Shown here piece after piece: positions 57,930 to 64,000 of a stretch of 64,000 nt of DNA (within the stretch, counting starts at the first letter, position 1; every line of letters begins with the position of its first letter). The stretch spans positions 121,198 through 185,197 of the IMG/VR virus record IMGVR_UViG_3300029787_005452. One strand, given 5' to 3'. This DNA is from a virus. Made by a program: the position numbers and the translations under genes. The notes under the pieces were generated by a model, which saw only the letters and a program-made list of their open reading frames with translations, was not told the origin of the DNA and did not search any database.

Positions 57930-58100
57930 ATGAAAATAACAGAACACATGACAACATCAATATTATTGAAATTAAAACTAATTAAAAAACAACTCGAAAA
58001 TAACGAAAAAGAAGAAGCTCTTTCCGGAGTTAATTCTATCTTAGATAACATAGATAGATTTGAAAGCAATGGACCCGATAGTAAAAGCAAAACTAAATAA
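57930..58100 (+). CDS. Small coiled-coil hypothetical protein
   Basis: Start moved to ATG 57930 (or 57948) because GTG 57900 lies inside the terminator. Confidence 0.45.
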   Translation: MKITEHMTTSILLKLKLIKKQLENNEKEEALSGVNSILDNIDRFESNGPDSKSKTK

Positions 58101-58238
58101 GTTTTTTATTAAAAATTTTTCTAAAGTATATGACTCTACCCCAGAACTAAAATCCGGGGGTAACGATTACTATTACACAACCAACAAGAGTAGCAATATT
58201 ATATGTTTAATTCCCTTAGGTAAAATATAAATAAATAT

Positions 58239-60215
58239 ATGCCTAATAGTTACAGTTTCAATAGTTATGGAGATGTACAAGTATTATTTTCTATAACTAA
58301 TAACCTTGATGATGTAAAGAAAGATTCTGTAAAACCATTTTCTTTTATCGAGTTTATAGATAATTCTAGACAAACTCAGAAAGATAACAACACTATAAAT
58401 TTATATAAAATTTATTTACAAAATTGGAATCAACTTAATAATAAATCTAATATTGAAAGCAGTAATATTGTTAAAGAACAATTTATAAATCTTTTTAAAG
58501 AAATAACATTAAAGTTCACATCTCCAGAAGAAAAAAGATATTTACAAAATATAGATTTTTCAAATGAAGAAAATATTTCTATTGCTGTACCTTTTTTCTC
58601 TAGCAAAATTAAAGAAATAATTTTATATTATCAAGAAAGACGTAAAACTCATACAAAAGATTTAAAAGAAATTAAATCAAAAGGTAATAAGACTAACGTG
58701 TCGAATTATATTAAAAGTAAATTACTTGATTTTTTTGAAAATAATGAGAGTGAAGATGTTGAAACAGTAGCGCAAAAATTATCTTCTATACAAAAGTTTG
58801 TTGAAGTAGATATAGAAGATAGTTACGATATATACAATGACTATTTTGATATAGACCCATCTAAGCCACCTGATTTTTATGCTGGAAGTGATACATTTAC
58901 ATTACCAAATATTAAATTTTTAGAAGAAATACCAAAGACTACTACAACTACAACTACTACACCAGAACCTTTACCTGTAATTGATCCATTACCTCCAGTA
59001 TTAGATTTTAAGTCTATTAGTATTACTAACGACGTAGTTGTAATTGCAGGTCAAGAAAACCTTCCCCCAGTCATAACTGAAGCAACTGAAGTGAATATAT
59101 TCTTTGATTCATCTGGCTCAATGAATTCTACATTAGCTCCTTTACAGACTATGAGAGATACTATACTAGATGCTGCCTTAATGCCATTCTATAATAATAA
59201 TAGAGCTCTTTATGAAGAAAAAGTTAACGTAATTGTAGATCCTTCTGAGCGGACCTTTTTAATGTTAGCTACTGCTAATACAAATCCTGCTGCTGATGTA
59301 TTAAATATTGTATTCCAAGATGAATCAACTCCATACGGGAATGAGTCGAGTTATTTAACCCCTACATCAACTTATTTATCTGATATAGTTGGAGCCAGAT
59401 CTAATCTTATTAATAGAACTAATAATAGATATGTTGTATTTCAAGTCGAAACCGACCCCTCTGGTTACTCACCGGCATTTGCGGCATTCTTAGCAGCAGT
59501 AGAAAATGGTACTGGTAGTTATGCTGGTAGTAATGGTTTAAGTCTAACCCCTTATAAAGAAAGAGTAAAATTTGCATTCAGTATTACTCCAGCATCAACA
59601 CCGATCTATTATGCTAACTTAATAGTTGGTGAAATGCAAAACTTTAATTTTGATATACCAGATCTACCGAATTTTATAATTGGACCTATTAACGATGTTG
59701 AAGTAAATGCAAGTATTGCAATAGGGCTTAATTTAAGTCAAAGTAATAATATTGAACTTAACGAGGCAGGTACAATATTTAAATTAATTGAAAATGAAAA
59801 TGATGTAACTGTTATCCAATCGACTAGTATAGGTATTAAAGAAATATCCAACAATAATAATATAAATGTTAACCAATCAACTACTTTCGGTGTTAATGAA
59901 ATATCCAATACAAATGGTATTAGTGTGTATTCATCAATTGATTCTACAAAACTTATATCCAATATAAATGGTATTAGTGTGTATTCATCAATTGATCTAG
60001 TAAATAACATATCCAATTCAAATAGTATTGGTGTTAATCAATCAATTGATCAAGTAAATAACATAGCTAATACAAATAGTATTAGTGTTAATCAATCAAT
60101 TGATCAAGTAAATAACATATCCAATTCAAATAGTATTGGTGTAAATTCATCAATTGATAATCTAGTAAATAACATAGCTAATTCAAATAGTATTAGTGTT
60201 AATGCTGCTGCTTAA
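58239..60215 (+). CDS. Virion protein with vWA (MIDAS) domain and C-terminal 18-aa repeats
   Basis: IFFDSSGSM (DxSxS), ERT, VFQDE; Thr/Pro linker; TATAAATA-N5-ATG. Confidence 0.7.
   Translation: MPNSYSFNSYGDVQVLFSITNNLDDVKKDSVKPFSFIEFIDNSRQTQKDNNTINLYKIYLQNWNQLNNKSNIESSNIVKEQFINLFKEITLKFTSPEEKRYLQNIDFSNEENISIAVPFFSSKIKEIILYYQERRKTHTKDLKEIKSKGNKTNVSNYIKSKLLDFFENNESEDVETVAQKLSSIQKFVEVDIEDSYDIYNDYFDIDPSKPPDFYAGSDTFTLPNIKFLEEIPKTTTTTTTTPEPLPVIDPLPPVLDFKSISITNDVVVIAGQENLPPVITEATEVNIFFDSSGSMNSTLAPLQTMRDTILDAALMPFYNNNRALYEEKVNVIVDPSERTFLMLATANTNPAADVLNIVFQDESTPYGNESSYLTPTSTYLSDIVGARSNLINRTNNRYVVFQVETDPSGYSPAFAAFLAAVENGTGSYAGSNGLSLTPYKERVKFAFSITPASTPIYYANLIVGEMQNFNFDIPDLPNFIIGPINDVEVNASIAIGLNLSQSNNIELNEAGTIFKLIENENDVTVIQSTSIGIKEISNNNNINVNQSTTFGVNEISNTNGISVYSSIDSTKLISNINGISVYSSIDLVNNISNSNSIGVNQSIDQVNNIANTNSISVNQSIDQVNNISNSNSIGVNSSIDNLVNNIANSNSISVNAAA
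59900..60205. repeat. About 54-bp coding tandem repeat, about 6 copies
   Basis: I(S/A)NxNSI(S/G)VNxSIDxVNN units, in frame. Confidence 0.85.
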
Positions 60216-60268
60216 AAATAAATAAAAAATTTTTATTGTATTACTTTTAAAGATTATTAAATAATTAT

Positions 60269-61180
60269 ATGTTCGAACTATTTTCAGAAGGCTATAGAGC
60301 TTTAATTAGAAACAATACAACCTCTCTTTCATCTGGTTTAAGCGCTGTTTTCTTAACTGATACAGCATCTAGCCCTACTAGTGAAAGTAATGCAAATATG
60401 ACTTATGTTAGAGCTAATACTGCTTCTAATTTACAGTTTACCTTTACTGATTTAGGATATGAAGATTCTGTATCAACTAGCGGAAGTACGAGTTATATAT
60501 ATTTAACATCTTCCGGATTAACAGTACCAGCTGGTACAGGCATTACTGCTAATACATTTGCTAATGATGTGGATCAATACGGTCATATAATTAGCGAGGT
60601 TGATGACTTAGTATATGGTTATTTCAGAGCTTCAGATACTTCTAAAACGTTTATGAATGCAGGTTTAACATTTACTTGGACTACCAACCGGATAGGTCAA
60701 TTAAGTATTGGTGATGAAAATTTATCAGGCTATGATGCATTTTATAAGACCGGTGTTGAATTAGATCTTTTAAATAAGGCTCGTATTGCGTTAGTAAGAA
60801 ACGTAGCAGGTTCAAATTCAAGTACTTTTCATGATACTATTGATGAAATGGTAAATCTAGGTCAAATAGGATCAGGTACAGTACCAGGTGCAGGTGATAA
60901 TAGTAGAGCTACAATAACAATGCTTACTTCCGGACACCAATTATCAGGTCTTAACTTTGGTTCTGGCACTAGTAAGTTTTTAACTGCTGGTGAAATGGTT
61001 ATACCAGCTGCTGGAACGCATACAAATGTAGTAATAATGCTTTATTCAGAATTAGGAGCTTTAAATGATGGTGGAGCTAATGCAATTCCATTGGCAATGT
61101 TCACTGATGATTTTAGCTTTACATTCTCAGAAAATGCGTTTGTGAAACCAACCACTAGTGGTATTATTGGATTTAGTTAA
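60269..61180 (+). CDS. Hypothetical virion protein
   Basis: TAAATA-N5-ATG; Ser/Thr/Gly-rich, beta-strand character. Confidence 0.55.
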   Translation: MFELFSEGYRALIRNNTTSLSSGLSAVFLTDTASSPTSESNANMTYVRANTASNLQFTFTDLGYEDSVSTSGSTSYIYLTSSGLTVPAGTGITANTFANDVDQYGHIISEVDDLVYGYFRASDTSKTFMNAGLTFTWTTNRIGQLSIGDENLSGYDAFYKTGVELDLLNKARIALVRNVAGSNSSTFHDTIDEMVNLGQIGSGTVPGAGDNSRATITMLTSGHQLSGLNFGSGTSKFLTAGEMVIPAAGTHTNVVIMLYSELGALNDGGANAIPLAMFTDDFSFTFSENAFVKPTTSGIIGFS

Positions 61181-61190
61181 AAATTAATTA

Positions 61191-61206
61191 GGAACATCGA
61201 TATAAT
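61191..61206 (+). promoter_or_regulatory. GGAAC-class promoter
   Basis: GGAACA-tcga-TATAAT-N6-GTG(61213). Confidence 0.7.
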
Positions 61207-61212
61207 AAAGAT

Positions 61213-61497
61213 GTGCCGAAGTTAAGTCAGGATCCAAAAAGAAAAAAATTTATCAAAAGTGATGAATATGATGTATGGAAATGTTTAGATTATAAGACGT
61301 TTTATATGACTGTTCGATTGCAGTCGACTGAAATGGATAAGAAACATAATCGAGACCCTAATAAGTTTACATTGTATATGAGTTCCTCTGAAATATTTTC
61401 AGATATTGATACAGCTGAGGAAGCTATGAAAAAAGGTTACAAAAGAGCTGATGAATTATTTGAAATGAGGTTGAAATCTAAACCTTATAAGTTATAA
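61213..61497 (+). CDS. Hypothetical protein, 94 aa
   Basis: GTG start at the predicted TSS. Confidence 0.55.
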   Translation: MPKLSQDPKRKKFIKSDEYDVWKCLDYKTFYMTVRLQSTEMDKKHNRDPNKFTLYMSSSEIFSDIDTAEEAMKKGYKRADELFEMRLKSKPYKL

Positions 61498-61498
61498 T
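61471..61498 (+). promoter_or_regulatory. Sigma70-type promoter
   Basis: TTGAAA-N16-TATAAT-N6-ATG(61505). Confidence 0.65.
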
Positions 61499-61504
61499 AT
61501 AATT

Positions 61505-61702
61505 ATGAAAGAGTATAAAGAAGGAGAATATATTACATATAATGTAAGATACCCAGGTAGTGAACCTATGGTTGCTTCTGGTAACGTCGTAAAGATGGTT
61601 AATGAAAATGGTAAAAAGCAATACTTAGTTGCTGAAGGTAACGGTGGTCAGAATATGACTTATGTGAATCCGGAAGATATTGTAACTTTAATAAACGGGT
61701 AG
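61505..61702 (+). CDS. Small SH3/KOW-like beta protein, hypothetical
   Basis: YKEGEYITY...GNVVKM...YLV...VNPEDI pattern. Confidence 0.5.
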   Translation: MKEYKEGEYITYNVRYPGSEPMVASGNVVKMVNENGKKQYLVAEGNGGQNMTYVNPEDIVTLING

Positions 61703-61704
61703 TT

Positions 61705-61875
61705 ATGAGTAAAAGAGCAAAACCTGGAGTAGATTTAAGAGCTCCTAACCCTACCCATACAAAACGAATGGGGCGTTCTTATGGACCATTAGTATATAAC
61801 GAGCATGTCGGTCATAAGGTAACACAAAAGATCGACAAAGCTATTAAAAATAATAGAAAGGATAAAGTTAATTAA
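61705..61875 (+). CDS. 56-aa basic hypothetical protein
   Basis: Below the cutoff: MSKRAKPGVDLRAPNP...NRKDKVN; starts 2 nt after the previous stop. Confidence 0.5.
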   Translation: MSKRAKPGVDLRAPNPTHTKRMGRSYGPLVYNEHVGHKVTQKIDKAIKNNRKDKVN

Positions 61876-62126
61876 TTAGCTGCAATATAATTTGATACTG
61901 CAGTTTGAAGACTAGCATTAGTCCATTCAGCAGGATTATCATAATTATCACCGCTAAGTTCATCTAAATCAATTTGACCAATATTGTCTATAAAAACTGA
62001 TACTCTCTTTTCACCAGGTATATCCACTATACGGCGAATTTCAATATCACCAGCAGCAAGTGAAACTGTTTGGGCTGGTTGAGTTGTTACTGTTTTTGAC
62101 GATGATAAAGTTACTTTTAAGCTCAT
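61872..62126 (-). CDS. Small late (virion?) protein
   Basis: TAAATA (62132-62137)-N5-ATG. Confidence 0.6.
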   Translation of the reverse strand: MSLKVTLSSSKTVTTQPAQTVSLAAGDIEIRRIVDIPGEKRVSVFIDNIGQIDLDELSGDNYDNPAEWTNASLQTAVSNYIAAN

Positions 62127-62143
62127 AGAAATATTTAATCAAA

Positions 62144-62359
62144 ATGAAAGAAAAAATTAAAAGAAAAATAATATTATTATTGATACCTACAATAGTAGTA
62201 GCAGGAATAATTAATGTTACCTATGGAATCTTTTTTGGAGTCCTTACTAATGTATTAATCAATGCATTTTGGAATAGTAAATTATTTCCCCCCAAGAAAA
62301 AAGAAGTAAAATCTGAAAGAGAGTTAATAGTTGAATGTGTATCTCCTCCTAATTTATAG
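62144..62359 (+). CDS. Small membrane protein
   Basis: Hydrophobic IILLLIPTIVVAGIINVTYGIFFGVL; stop codon abuts tRNA-Leu. Confidence 0.55.
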   Translation: MKEKIKRKIILLLIPTIVVAGIINVTYGIFFGVLTNVLINAFWNSKLFPPKKKEVKSERELIVECVSPPNL

Positions 62360-62446
62360 GCCGGAGTGGTGGAATAGGTAGACACTGCAGACTTAAAATC
62401 TGTTGCTCGTAAGAGCGTGCTGGTTCGAGTCCGGCCTTCGGTACCA
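62360..62446 (+). tRNA. trnL: tRNA-Leu (anticodon TAA)
   Basis: Acceptor GCCGGAG/CTTCGGT, anticodon arm GCAGA-CTTAAAA-TCTGT, long variable arm, GGTTCGAGTCC, A-CCA end. Confidence 0.95.
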
Positions 62447-62460
62447 TATTAAATATTATT

Positions 62461-62580
62461 ATGAAAAGATCATTTAATAGCAAACAAAGTAATGAACTTA
62501 CAACAACTGATAAGATTGTAATTGCAATATTTTCCATTCAAATTATAGCAGCAGGTATTTTATTCTTTTTGTTGATATAA
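62461..62580 (+). CDS. 39-aa membrane peptide
   Basis: MKRSFNSKQSNELTTTDKIVIAIFSIQIIAAGILFFLLI; TAAATA(62450-62455)-N5-ATG. Confidence 0.5.
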   Translation: MKRSFNSKQSNELTTTDKIVIAIFSIQIIAAGILFFLLI

Positions 62581-62604
62581 TATGTTATTTACATAAATTA
62601 TTAT

Positions 62605-62916
62605 ATGGATAAGAAAACTAAAACTGTAATAGAATATTTACTTCAGTCTGAAGACTATGTACGTTATGATGTAACTAAGCATAATAAATTACATTTTAAT
62701 ATTAGTCGTCTAATTAAAGATGAGATTAGAACTCACAAATGGATTGAATCCGGAAAAGGAAGAGATATAAGTTGGGAGTATGCAGTAGCTGAATGGATGG
62801 ATGAACACTATGATGAATTTATTAATATGTTAATACCGAGGAGTCGTATTATAAAATATCTAAAAAAGTATACTAAAAACTCTCTTGAATTCATTAAGTT
62901 TATAACTATTCCTTAA
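62605..62916 (+). CDS. DUF4032-C-terminal-like small protein
   Basis: EIRTHKWIESGKGRDISWEYAVAEW resembles the EIxxHKWxESEKxGxDIG..AxxDW motif. Confidence 0.55.
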   Translation: MDKKTKTVIEYLLQSEDYVRYDVTKHNKLHFNISRLIKDEIRTHKWIESGKGRDISWEYAVAEWMDEHYDEFINMLIPRSRIIKYLKKYTKNSLEFIKFITIP

Positions 62917-62929
62917 TTATAAAACGTTA

Positions 62930-64000
<1,071 letters not shown>

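Noticed and set aside
59900-60205. 54-bp repeats as CRISPR or replication iterons
   Set aside because: In-frame coding repeats with synonymous-type variation.
62349-62537. Minus-strand 62-aa ORF with an upstream TGnTATAAT, antisense to tRNA-Leu
   Set aside because: Its C-terminal half is the reverse complement of the tRNA, and the + strand has a better-supported 39-aa ORF with a canonical late promoter.

Overview
This window is part of a strongly AT-rich (roughly 70% A+T by eye) T4-like myophage genome. I saw no host chromosome, integrase, CRISPR array or IS element. It holds the packaging, neck, tail and baseplate core (gp14, gp17, gp3, gp18, gp19, gp54, two gp26-like, gp29, gp48, gp53, gp27-like, gp16, gp25, gp6) in a scrambled order. 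There is also a large set of peripheral virion or adhesin proteins: a PKD protein, 10-aa-repeat, DUF1983 and YadA-like fibres, two Peptidase_S74 mini-fibres, LamG, beta-propeller plus L-lectin, vWA, and a trypsin-like protease. Enzymes include dUTPase, clamp loader, a GuaC-like reductase, a RadA-like ATPase, DUF932, three glycosyltransferases, a sulfotransferase and a 2OG-Fe(II) oxygenase, and there are two tRNAs (Leu-TAA, Asn-GTT). The most notable patterns are: (1) three promoter classes, including an unusual GGAACW-N4-TATAAT motif seen 7 times, all positioned so that transcription should start at the start codon (leaderless first cistrons); (2) peripheral virion proteins enriched in an L-S-(A/G) tripeptide and in cysteine, in a genome carrying several sugar/sulfate transferases, suggesting a virion-modification system; (3) five fibre-like proteins sharing an N-terminal module; (4) a fibre-coupled serine protease with an intact-looking triad; (5) an orphan LamG C-terminal fragment behind the giant fibre; (6) a glycosyltransferase whose stop codon lies inside tRNA-Asn. 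All family assignments come from motif recognition by eye, with no database searches. A Verrucomicrobia/PVC host is a weak inference only.
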